This document shows, in pieces, positions 9,310-19,652 of a DNA stretch of 32,000 nt. Positions within the stretch are counted from its first letter, which is position 1. Every line of letters begins with the position of its first letter. The DNA comes from Wallemia ichthyophaga EXF-994 (taxonomy: Eukaryota > Fungi > Basidiomycota): contig NW_008806276.1 in NCBI RefSeq assembly GCF_000400465.1, forward strand, positions 390,001 to 422,000, read 5' to 3'. The notes beneath the pieces were generated by a model. It worked only from the letters and a program-made list of their open reading frames with translations, was not told the DNA's origin and searched no databases. A program made the position numbers and the translations under genes.

Positions 9310-9761
9310 GTGTTTTCAGAGCATGAGAAGCGAGTGTAGTGAATAAAATAAAACTGAAACAATTAAGATCTCAGTAAGAGCAAATTTCCCGTCATGTTTG
9401 CAGGTATAAGTGCTAACATAGGCGAGTACAAACACAAATAACAAAACCACTTTCGGTGCTGCTACTATCCGTAGCGTTGGAGAATGGGCGAGACAGTCTA
9501 AATGCTGATCAAAAAGCGGCAATTCAGCATACGCTAATAAAATATAATTCTTTTCAGTTTTCGTCTTTGGATTTACATGTCAACTCACTTTCGACAATGT
9601 TTCTGATAATCCTCAGCTGCAAACGAGTAAAAGGTAATTACTATATAAATGCAGTAAAATATTATAATTATGCTCCCACAGTGCGTGACAGTATCCAATG
9701 ATCTACAGTAACCTCTCCTCAATAGCCTCTGCAGTATCGTCGTAAATGACATTGAGTGCAT
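9119..9761 (-). pseudogene. Array copy D: pseudogenised paralog closest to copy B
   Basis: QRLLRRGYCRSLDTVTHCGSII and TYTCKHDGKFALTEIL align to B. Acceptor AG->AT at 9544-9545, exon-1 phase mismatch, 1-nt deletion near 9323; ends KISGCMV*. Confidence 0.7.
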
Positions 9762-9868
9762 AGTGGTGGCAGAGAATCGAGTTAGTAATAAATCATTACA
9801 GTGTAGACGTTAATAGTAATGTACATGAATAAATATCTTTAGTTGTTGCATGACTGGCACTTATTTCG

Positions 9869-10796
9869 TCATACAACATTATCGTGGTGGCGTTGGCGTT
9901 GCAGGTTCGATGAGGAAGCTGAACCAGAACCTGACAAATAAGGCTGATGACTGCGGTCCATGTCCATATCAACCTCCTGGAACTCCTTATCGTCGCGATA
10001 GTCTTCCTCTTTAGTTGCCGCTTCCTCGTAAGGTGGTGCTTCATCTTCTTTGAGATAAGGTGGTACGTCTGTATGTTGCGTTAGTATTGCATTCGTATAA
10101 AAACAATTACCCACAATCTGGCTCAATCGTGCTAGCTCCTGATGCACCCATGTATACGTTGGATGAGGGTGGGTATCTGGGATTGGGTTGAGCGGGTAAA
10201 CGTGAAGACTGGAGAAGAACGCTGTTGTTATCCTTTGGACGTGAGTAACCGTTCATTTCCAATTGTTTCTTGTATCTCCACCACAAAGCAATAAATATCG
10301 CAGCGAGGACGATAATAACGGCCATCCATACAGCATGAACCCATACGCCTCTCTTCCAGTCGCTATCACACCATTCGTTGACTTTCTGTTGATCTTCCTT
10401 TTCAGAGAGTGAGTTTCTACAATGCTGTATACTCTCCTCCTTCAATTTAACGTGGACCACGAGTGCGGCTATTTCGAGTGAGGATACTATTACTCCACCG
10501 CCAATTATCGACTTGGCGTAAAGTGATACCATCTTGGCGTGTTTCTTAATGGCTATCGCGATGCCGCCGATTTGAAATACACCGAGAGCGACGTAAATAG
10601 CGCCGAGAACAATATCAGCCTTCTTTAGCCCTGGCGCCGAGTCGGTGGAGTCCTTCAACAGAGATGCGCCTCTGACGACGCAGTAGATGAGTCCAACGAA
10701 GCTAACGAAAATGACGAGCGGGCGGAGTGAGTGGTTAAGCCCACCTTTCATTCTCTGCATTACGCTGTTGTAGCTCGGTGGCTGTGTGGAAGTCAT
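9869..10796 (-). CDS. Uncharacterised 4-TM (tetraspan-like topology) membrane protein, join(9869..10068,10115..10796), 293 aa
   Basis: Four hydrophobic helices, two Cys (HCRN, EWCD) in the TM3-TM4 loop, N-terminal PPSY, Pro/Tyr/acidic tail; 46-nt GTGGGT..CTAAC..CAG intron joins two ORFs in frame. Confidence 0.8.
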
Positions 10797-11109
10797 TAGA
10801 TTGTGATTTAGATGGTCGTACGAGATGAAGAGGGCGAATACCCAGTTTCTAATATTTCCCAAAGAGGAAAAATTCAATGTGCGTGATAAGTGGTGTGGTT
10901 ATTTGTATTCTAAGCGGCGTTGTATACTTTCGTACTGGCTACATGAGCATGTCTGTGCAAATGCAAATCACGCCCAACTCAGCGAGGACGGGGAAGAGCG
11001 GGAAGAACATGACTCACAAAGCCATTTCCATCCCTATCACTGCAAATATCTACAAATCAACCCGTTTTACGCCGCTATCTCTCTCCACGCCCCCTTATAG
11101 CTAACGTCC

Positions 11110-12572
11110 ATGTCCGCCGTTTCTGAATACATCGAACAACATCAACAAGAGTTCATTAGTCGCCTGCGCGAGGCTGTAGAGATCGCCTCTGTTTCTGGCG
11201 AGATTGAGCGTGCGTAGAGTGCCACGTACGAGCACGCTGATCTGACGCATGACCAGGCAGACCGCAAGTGATAAAGATGGGCCACTGGCTCAAAGCACAG
11301 CTGGAGGGGCTAGGCGGTCATGTGCGTATGATCGACATAGGCACGCAGCAGCTCGAAGGACACACTGTCGCACTCCCCCCGGTTATTCTCGCGCAAGTCG
11401 GCCGCGACGCGTCTAAGAAGACTATTACAATCTACGGCCATTACGACGTGCAGCCCGCAGAGCTCAGTGACGGCTGGCACTCAGACCCCTTCCAGCTGAC
11501 GGTCGAGGGTGACGTCATGAGAGGACGCGGGTCGACTGACGACAAGGGTCCCGTTGTGGGGTGGCTCAACACCCTCAGCGCTTACACTCACACTAACACT
11601 CCGCTTCCCGTTAACCTCAAATTCGTTTTCGAGGGTATGGAAGAGAGCGGCTCCGAGGGTCTCGATGAACTTGTCGTGAAGGAGAGCACCGGATTCTTGA
11701 AAGACACCGACGCTGTGTGTATTTCTGACAATTACTGGCTCACTAATCGCAAACCTGCTCTCACTTACGGGTTACGCGGTGTGAGCTACTTCGAAATCTG
11801 CGTTAAGGGACCAAGAGCAGACTTGCATTCGGGCGTGTTTGGTGGGACTGTGCACGAGCCAATGACTGATGTTGTCAAGCTGATGAGCACTCTCGTTGAC
11901 ACGGATGGGAAGATTACTATCCCTGGTCTCAACGAAATGGTCGAGCCACTCAGCAAGGAAGAGTTGAAGAGGTATGAGGATATGGATTTCGACGTGAAAG
12001 AATACCAAGATACTATTGCTGACCATCCAATCACCATCTCCGACGACAAGGCTAAGGTGCTCATGGGGAGAATGCGTTACCCATCGCTGTCGCTGCACGG
12101 TATTGAAGGTGCCTTTTCAGGTAGCGGCGCTAAAACAGTTATACCTTGTGGCGTCAAAGGGAAATTCTCAATTCGACTGGTACCCAATATGGACGTTGAC
12201 AAGGTTGAAAAGCTGGTACAGAAACATCTTCAAAGTGAACAGAAGAAATTGAACACACGCAACGTCGTTGAGGTGGTGCAGCTATCCGGTGGGCCGGCAT
12301 GGGTTGCGGATCCTAACCACTGGAACTTCCTCGCAGCTGCGAAGGCTATTAAGACGGTGTTCGGCGTGGAGCCAGATAGGACAAGGGAGGGTGGATCAAT
12401 TCCAGTCACACTCACATTCGACGAGAGCTTGAAGGTGAATGTTTGTTTATTGCCGATGGGCAGAGCGGACGATGGCGCACACTCCACCAACGAGAAACTG
12501 AACATAAGCAACTACATACAAGGGTCCAAAGTATTCGCAGAGTATTTGGAGAATATAGCAATGCATGATTGA
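11110..12572 (+). CDS. DUG1: Cys-Gly metallodipeptidase, M20A (CNDP2-like); join(11110..11209,11257..12572), 471 aa
   Basis: YGHYDVQPA, GRGSTDDKGP, FEGMEESGS, REGGSIP, DDGAHSTNEK. Confidence 0.93.
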
Positions 12573-12677
12573 GCCAAGATGCTCGTGATTAAGTGATTTA
12601 TACTATTGAACTGGACTATCCAGCGGAACTGGACTGTCGTGCTAAATGGGTGTATCCTATTATCACCAACTAGCCTG

Positions 12678-13358
12678 TTAAACCGGTCTATCCTGTTTCT
12701 GTGGTCTCTCACCAAAGAGGAGAGAACCAATTCGAACAATGTCTGAGTGATAGTCTATAGCTTGCATATAGTCACTGGACATGCCCATCGAGAGGAGCAG
12801 GTTGAGGCTGTACTTGTGGTTAAGCTGGTTGCGAGTTTGGAGGAGAGTGTTGAATTCGTTGTTCTCGGAGGTGTTAGACGTGGACTGTGAGTAGCTGCCT
12901 ATAGTCATGAGGCCAGCCAGGTTGAGGTGTCTAGATTGGCAGAGGAACTCCACCAATTCGTCTAGCTGCGTGGTGTTTGGGTATAGGCCACCTTTGTTAA
13001 GTTCTTTGGAAGTGTTGAGCTGGATAAAGATATCGATAGTCCTGTCAAGCAGCTGGTCCAGCTTCTTGGCGTGTGCTAAGCTGTCCAAGCTGTGGATCGA
13101 CTTGAGCTTCTCAATCGAAGCGAGCTGCTTGAGCTTGTTTGACTGCAGTTTACCGATAAAGTGCCAATTGATATCATGGTCTTTAAGCTGCGTATTCTTC
13201 TCCAGCAGCTCTTGAACGTAATTCTCTCCAAAGTCTCTATGTCCTTCCGCGTGAAGCTCTAGAATCTTTGAAGAAGGCTGATATTTACTAACTGCTAGTA
13301 TATTCGTAGTCGCGCTTTTACTTTTCACTTTCCTTTCAATTTCCTTTAAGATGCTCAT
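12678..13358 (-). CDS. PLPBP: PLP homeostasis protein (YggS/PROSC family), ~226 aa
   Basis: LAVSKY (PLP-binding Lys), FGENYVQEL, WHFIGKLQSNK, GLMTIG, LSMGMSSDY, VRIGSLLFGER. Confidence 0.92.
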   Translation of the reverse strand: MSILKEIERKVKSKSATTNILAVSKYQPSSKILELHAEGHRDFGENYVQELLEKNTQLKDHDINWHFIGKLQSNKLKQLASIEKLKSIHSLDSLAHAKKLDQLLDRTIDIFIQLNTSKELNKGGLYPNTTQLDELVEFLCQSRHLNLAGLMTIGSYSQSTSNTSENNEFNTLLQTRNQLNHKYSLNLLLSMGMSSDYMQAIDYHSDIVRIGSLLFGERPQKQDRPV

Positions 13359-13832
13359 CGTTTGAAGCAATCAACAATGATTCAGTATGTTTGTTGGTGT
13401 GCTTGCGTGATTGAGCATGGACTCAAATATAGCAAGCACTGCCAGGACTACCAGTACAGATAAAAACGTATGTTCTAAGCCTGAGCGCATTCTGTGTACG
13501 CGACTAGCCGCTTGACCAGGAACGATGGTAGCCGGGTTCGTGAAACACATCCAAGGCAAGGCGCGAGACACGTGCTCCTCGGATGCCGCTGCGGTATTTA
13601 AGCGGCCTACACTTACTTTCTTTGCGGTTCGCCGTATTGGGGGCCTTAGTAAGGCGGGTATAACCCTTTCCCTGTAAATAGTCTGCGCTACTCCCAGTAA
13701 GCCTTATCTCACTCATTCAACTCCCTGACCTTGAAGAAATACCTGAAGTCTCTTTGAGCGTTACTCCTAGACTTTCGCTCTCCTTCCCTCAGTTCGTTCT
13801 AACCTCAATCACCAAGACGAGCAAGTACGCAA

Positions 13833-16022
13833 ATGACGCTCGCAAGCCCATACCACTTGGCAATTCTATTATGGAGGCTTATTATCTTTGTGTTCTTTAG
13901 GGAGGGTGGGTGATATCCACGCTGTGTCCACGCTGTTCCCTAGCTCACTCCCCAAACAGTCAAATCCAGGGGACAGCGATATCTTCAGTCGCAGCCCAAA
14001 GGCACTCCCATCGTCTTCGTTGCTGCTCCGCACCACAATCAATTCCTAGACGCTCTACTCCTCTCCTCCGAAGTTCTCCGGGCTTCTAATCGCAAACTAT
14101 CCTTCCTCACAGCCGATAAATCAATGAACAGGTTTTTTATTGGTCATATGGCACGCGCAATGGAATCTATACCCGTCAAGCGTGCTGCAGACGCTGCGAA
14201 ACCCGGCGTTGGCACTATCTACATGACTCATTCCGCCCCCACAAACCACCTCTTCGGCATCGGCACTCAATTCACCCACCAAGTATCCCCCAAAATGTCC
14301 ATCGCCCTGTCTTCTTCCCTCGGTGGCGCTTCTGCCGAAGTGGTGGAGATTATCAACGACACCCACCTCATCTTGAAAAATGATCTCGGTAAACCACAAG
14401 CCATAAATGCTCTCAAAGCCGTGAACCCCGCCACCACCAGCCAGGCCATCAAGTACAAAGTCCTGCCCTTCATCAACCAAGAAGTCATGTACAAAGCTGT
14501 ATACGACAAGCTAAGAGATGGCGGCAGTATTGGGATTTTCCCAGAAGGCGGATCACATGATAGATCGGATCTATTACCCCTCAAGGCTGGCGTATCGGTG
14601 ATGGCTCTCGGCGCAATGGCTGCAAACCCAGATTTACAAGTAAAAATAGTACCAGTCGGGTTATCCTATTTTCACGCTCACAAGTTCAGATCGAGAGCTG
14701 TGATCGAGTTTGGTGATGCCCGTGCTGTCCCACGCGACCTCGTCGACCTCTTTACCCAGGGCGGAGCTGATAAGAGGGCAGCATGTGCCAGTCTCCTCGA
14801 TATTATCTACGACGGTCTTAAATCGGTTACTGTTCAAGCGCCTGACTATGAAACTCTGATGGTTATCCAGGCTGGAAGAAGATTGTTCAAGACCCCCGGA
14901 CACCACCTCACACTGGGGCAGGTTGTCGAGCTGAACAGGCGGCTGATAGCTGGCTACCTGTCTTACAAAGACGATGTGAAGATTATTGCCCTGCGAAACA
15001 AGATCCTTAAGTACAACAGGAGATTACAGGATCTGGGTATTCGAGACCATCAAGTCGAAGCAGCGACGCGCAAGAGCTGGAAGAGCGCAGGATTGCTGCT
15101 GTATAGAGTTTGGCTACTCTTGTTATGGGGTCTGCTCGCTTTCCCCGGTGCGATGCTCCATCTCCCCGTCTTCCTCACCGCTAAGTACATTAGCCACCGC
15201 AAAGCCAAAGAGGCACTCGCGAACTCGACAGTCAAAATAGAAGCACGCGATGTGATTGGAAGCTGGAAAGTACTAGTTTCTCTCGCACTGATACCCCTCC
15301 TCTATCTATATTACGTAGTGTTGACGACATACATTGCGACGAGATACGGCTCTCAGATTGGACTTAGCGAGTTTTATATCAGATGGTCACCACTCTTTGC
15401 CCTCCTCAGCCTACCCTACCTCGGCATCTCGGCGCTTAAATTCGGTGAAGGGGGTGTGGACATATACAAAAGCCTCAGACCGCTCTTCGTGAATCTGTTG
15501 CCGTGGAACGAAAAGGAGCTGTCCAAAATCAAGCGAATGAGACAAGATCTCGCTAATGAGCTGACAGATATCATAGAGGAATATGGTCCGAAACAAATGG
15601 AGGATTTCGAGAAAATAACTTCAGTTCCCCCTATACCAGCGCAAGCACACAGCCAACAGTCGTCATTCCAATGGCTCGATGAGATGCTGTTTGGATGGTC
15701 GACGACCAAGAGAGCGGATGGAGGTGGAATTGAATCGGAATCACAGTCGCGAGGTGTACAGGAAGATGCGGTTGTAGATCTAGATGCAGATTCGCGCTAT
15801 AGTATGCCAGGATCATTTAGCATGAGTGGTGCACAAGCATTGTCGAAAGAAGCACCTCTGACACCTGTACCGGATGTGCTCAACGATGGAGATTTCGATA
15901 AAGTTGTCTCTTTCCTCGATGCGCCTTCTCTTGTAAGAGAGAATGGTACTACTAGCGGCAGCAAGAGTAGGAGGAGCAGCAGCGACAGGAACAACAGGAA
16001 TCAGAAGAAGAAGGATGAGTAA
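13833..16022 (+). CDS. SCT1: Glycerol-3-phosphate/DHAP O-acyltransferase (SCT1/GPT2 type); join(13833..13905,13960..16022), 711 aa
   Basis: APHHNQFLD (HxxxxD), GIFPEGGSHDR, IVPVGLSYFHAHKFRSRAVIEFG, C-terminal TM segments; 54-nt intron. Confidence 0.9.
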
Positions 16023-16038
16023 GATGAGTGGTTCACAT

Positions 16039-16115
16039 ATTGGAATTGGAATTGAGCATTGAGTATTGATTATTGATTATTGATTATTGAGTAATGAGCA
16101 TTGAGCATTGAGCAT
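16039..16115. repeat. Degenerate 6-7 nt tandem repeat (ATTGGA x2, then ATTGA[G/T][C/T]-type x9)
   Basis: Read directly: attgga attgga attgagc attgagt attgatt attgatt attgatt attgagt aatgagc attgagc attgagc. Confidence 0.9.
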
Positions 16116-16229
16116 ATAGATGCGCGTTTTGAAATATACGTGTATTTAATTTATGAATATATATTATTTTATCTTTGTTTGCGCATGACGCAACGACATC
16201 GGTAACGCTGATAAGTATCTCCCGCCATC

Positions 16230-16985
16230 ATGCCGCTGAAATTGGCGCATCACAAGTAGGTTATTTGAAGACACTACACCAACGTCTTACCCTGCACAAG
16301 ATCATATCATCCGTACAACGCAGCCAACATCGAGCGAGTCCGACAGGATGAAGAGCAGGCACGACTATCTGAGCAGCTCGAGACGCAGGTGGGCCGGAGC
16401 GAAGAATCTAAACGCAAACTGGATATTCTGAGGGGGAGAAGCAAGAAGGGCGAGAAGGGCGAGAAGAGTGAGCAGCAGCAACACCCAAACTTCTGGCAGC
16501 ACCTCGAGCAGCCCCCTCAGTCTTCCAAACAGAGCAACGAAGCCACCGCTGCTATTAACACGGATATGCAAATGGTGCATCCCACTCCACGCTGGTACGA
16601 CGTAGATACTTCTGGAGATCCCTCCCAAGCTGCAGACGCTGCAGACGCAGAAGATGCGGCTGATAAGAGTGGCAGCGGCAGTAACAGCTTGAAAAGTAGA
16701 ATGAAACGGCAACGCGAAGAGTATGTAACTTATAGGCATAATTAAGTGGCTAATATACCCTCTCTTTACAGCCCTATGCACGACACTCTCATCAAGGATC
16801 GCGACGACCCCCTCAACGATATCCTTCAAGCGACTGCTGAGCTAGACAGCGCAAAACGGAATAAAGAAAGTACACGGAGTAGGCGCGATAAACACAGTAA
16901 GCACAGGAAGCGCGATAGTAGTTCATTGCACAAGAGTAAAGAGCGAGAACAATCGCATGCACGATCGCGGGCGCATAAAGTGTAG
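16230..16985 (+). CDS. Cir_N-domain protein (LENG1/CWC25-like, probably splicing-associated); join(16230..16255,16301..16720,16772..16985), 219 aa
   Basis: Spliced N-terminus MPLKLAHHKSYHPYNAANIERVRQDEEQA; later DDPL motif and R/S/K/H-rich tail. Confidence 0.75.
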
Positions 16986-17065
16986 TAAATTTGTATACGA
17001 AAATCTCATATAGCCACTAAATAAGCTAGCGTGTATCGGGTATTTTCATTTCATTCATGTATATG

Positions 17066-18267
17066 TTATATCCACACTAGGATACCCATCCACACCAGCT
17101 GGAGACACGCGACGATGAACAAGAACTGCAAACGACGTCTGCGTTCAGAAGAGCCCACGCTTATCGAGGTCGTTGCAGCAGCTGACGATGCGTCTGGCAA
17201 AACTACGTATTTGAGACTTCTAAGCTGAAGATGGGGTTAGTTGGGGACAAATTAGACAAACGACAGAAACATACCAAAAAGAATCCCTGTGCAGCGACGC
17301 AGTACACAAAAGAAGAATAATACACCAATCTCCAACGCGGGATAAAGATGGTGATGAAAAGTGGCGGAATGATACTGACGAACTTATAGCCGCAGTATGA
17401 AAACAACTCAACACTTCCACTGACACCAGAGCTCCAGCCGGATCCACCGCTGTTAGAGGTCTCTACGCCGAGTAAGTAGCAAATAAGCCTAATCAAGCAA
17501 AATTCCAAGGCAGCAACTGCGAAAGAAAGTGAAGCTCTGGCGCCCAAAACCTCTGGATGAAACTTATTTTGAATGCCTGCGTAAATGGCAGCGACGATAA
17601 TGTAAGTGAGGACAGACATTGTTGGTATGTATAGATCAGGACTGTTGATGTCTTGACGTGGAGAAAGATATCCAGCCGATACACTAAAGCCATCGTTTCC
17701 GATACTCTCATTACGCTGACGGAGCCATGGTTTATGTCGCCACGGGAAGTATATCAGACGGAGCTTGCTGATAACGTACGTGGTATTTACGTTAAACAAC
17801 GTCTTGACGATGGGAAGGGGAATATGACGTGCAATGTTTTTATCCACGTAGTCGTGTCCAGCCATGAAAGCTGATTTGCCGAATTGGAGACCCATTTGAG
17901 TTGTACCGTCGTTGAGATTGTTCCACGGGGTTTCCTGGGATTGTTGATGTGGCTGCATCGGTTGATAGGTGGTGTATGGCTGTTGTTGGGCGTATTGCGG
18001 CTGTTGTTGAGGATAAGCGTGCTGCTGGGGATATAACTGCTGCTGAGGATAAACCTGCTGCTGCTGCTGCTCAACGTAATTGGATGGATTGTATGGATTA
18101 TAAGGATCCTGCTCAAATGCGAATCCATTGGAATCCAAGCTTCCCCTTGAATCCTTATCCTTGGCTAGAGTATCCGGTGTGGGAGGTGGCTTGAATGGAT
18201 GCTGAGGAACTGGATGCTGGAGAGGCACTTGAGATCCAGATGCTGGAGCTGCTCCTGCCGCGTACAT
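17066..18267 (-). CDS. YIF1: ER-Golgi trafficking protein Yif1; join(17066..17224,17275..18267), ~383 aa
   Basis: FNVNTTYVISKLRLIYFPWRHK, DINSPDLYIPTM, YCGYKFV, FLLRSLKYVVLP, RRLQFLF; start codon uncertain. Confidence 0.9.
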
Positions 18268-18362
18268 AATCCACTTTTTATTTTCTTTGTTGTACAAAAT
18301 CAACAAGCTGGCTGCTAGCGTAGCCCAACGTCCACCTCGATTGAGAAAATCAAAATAAAAAC

Positions 18363-19448
18363 ATGTCTTTCTATCGCAGCTGCAGCGATAGCGAGGATGA
18401 AAATGAAGGTATACAAATATGTTGGCAGGCTTCTCAATCCAACTTATTACATCAATTGGCTGGTACGCAGATGAGTGGGTTTTTGCACCGTAGATTAAAA
18501 CGCGTATAGCTCACTTTACTATCAGCCAGGCTACCTCCGCCACCTCCCCTTCCACTCCCCGCTCCCTCACCCCAAATCGCCCAGCAGCCAGCGACGACGA
18601 GCCATTTGAATAGAAAATCACTCTCCTTCACTCGAAATAACAAATCAAGCCAGTTTAGACGCACACGTACGCGTAGAACGCGCTCTCAACTCGCCCAGCA
18701 ATCCTCAGCCTCTTTTGAGCCAACTGGAACTGACAAAGAGGATTCTGATAGTGAAACGACAGGAAAAAGCGTGAAGAAAGCGCGAATTGATAAACAGAAC
18801 ACTGAACTTGATATCCTTATTGAGAAAGTGTCAGCGAGGTTGCAACGCGAACGAAGCTCTACTTCCTCTTTACAGGATCACGGCGGGAGTGCAACGGCGA
18901 GCTGTAGCTATGTCAGTGAGAGTTTGGGACAGGTGCGGCAGCCAGAAGAGCAAGTACAGCAGCCACCACAGCAGCAGCAACCACAACAACCACAACAACC
19001 ACAACTAGCACCTGCACAGAAAACGATTATCAAACAGTCTCAGAATCAAAACATACCCGAAAACAAGAGCAACGTGAACAAGACCACGACTAAGAAACCT
19101 GCCATGCGCAAACCACCACCTCCACAAGGCCCTAATCAGCGCTTCAAACCACCGCAACGCGTCGCAAACACAAACACATCATTTCCACCTCAAGCCCAGC
19201 AGAGGCCTGATGGTGCTGCTGCAAATACTAATAACGTGAAAACCAAACCAACAGTCCTAGATGTGGATGTGGATCTACACATGTCTTCCGGATCAAAGTC
19301 ACAATCGCAGTCACAACGACAGCCTGTACAACCCTCACAACCCTTACAACCATCACAGCCCCCTAGCGTTACCTCTGACGGCGCGGACTACAGCTGTGAC
19401 GATTTTGATATGGATGTACTCGAACAAGTGTGCGCGCAATTCGACTGA
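18363..19448 (+). CDS. Hypothetical low-complexity (P/Q/S-rich) protein; join(18363..18474,18526..19448)
   Basis: 51-nt GTGGGT..CAG intron joins an ATG exon in frame to the 280-aa ORF; the 3' end may have an extra exon (CTGAC..TTGCAG at ~19445-19466). Confidence 0.6.
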
Positions 19449-19652
19449 CTTGCTTTTTCTTGCAGATCGTCATTACCGTTGTCATTGTAACGGAGGCGCC
19501 ATACGTTTACTCATGACGTTGACGCTGATCTGATTCACCTTTTGTTCGCATCTTAGTATCGTCATCGCCGGTTATCACCAGCCACCGCCAACCACCGCTG
19601 TAGCTAAAACAACTCCTATAAGCAATAATCAATGCATGTACAACCGTCTATT

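Noticed and set aside
6261-9761. Array interpreted as a transposon or CRISPR-like locus
   Set aside because: No transposase, RT or integrase motifs, no TIR, LTR or TSD, and no regular repeat-spacer pattern; the units are intron-containing paralogous genes in a eukaryote
10825-11104. Two small plus-strand ORFs (91 and 75 aa) between the 4-TM gene and DUG1
   Set aside because: No recognisable motif, they overlap each other in different frames and fill a divergent promoter gap; probably spurious
13504-13716. 70-aa basic ORF as a ribosomal protein or snRNA/RNase P/MRP locus
   Set aside because: I could not match any ribosomal protein motif or the conserved snRNA or CR-I/CR-V sequences
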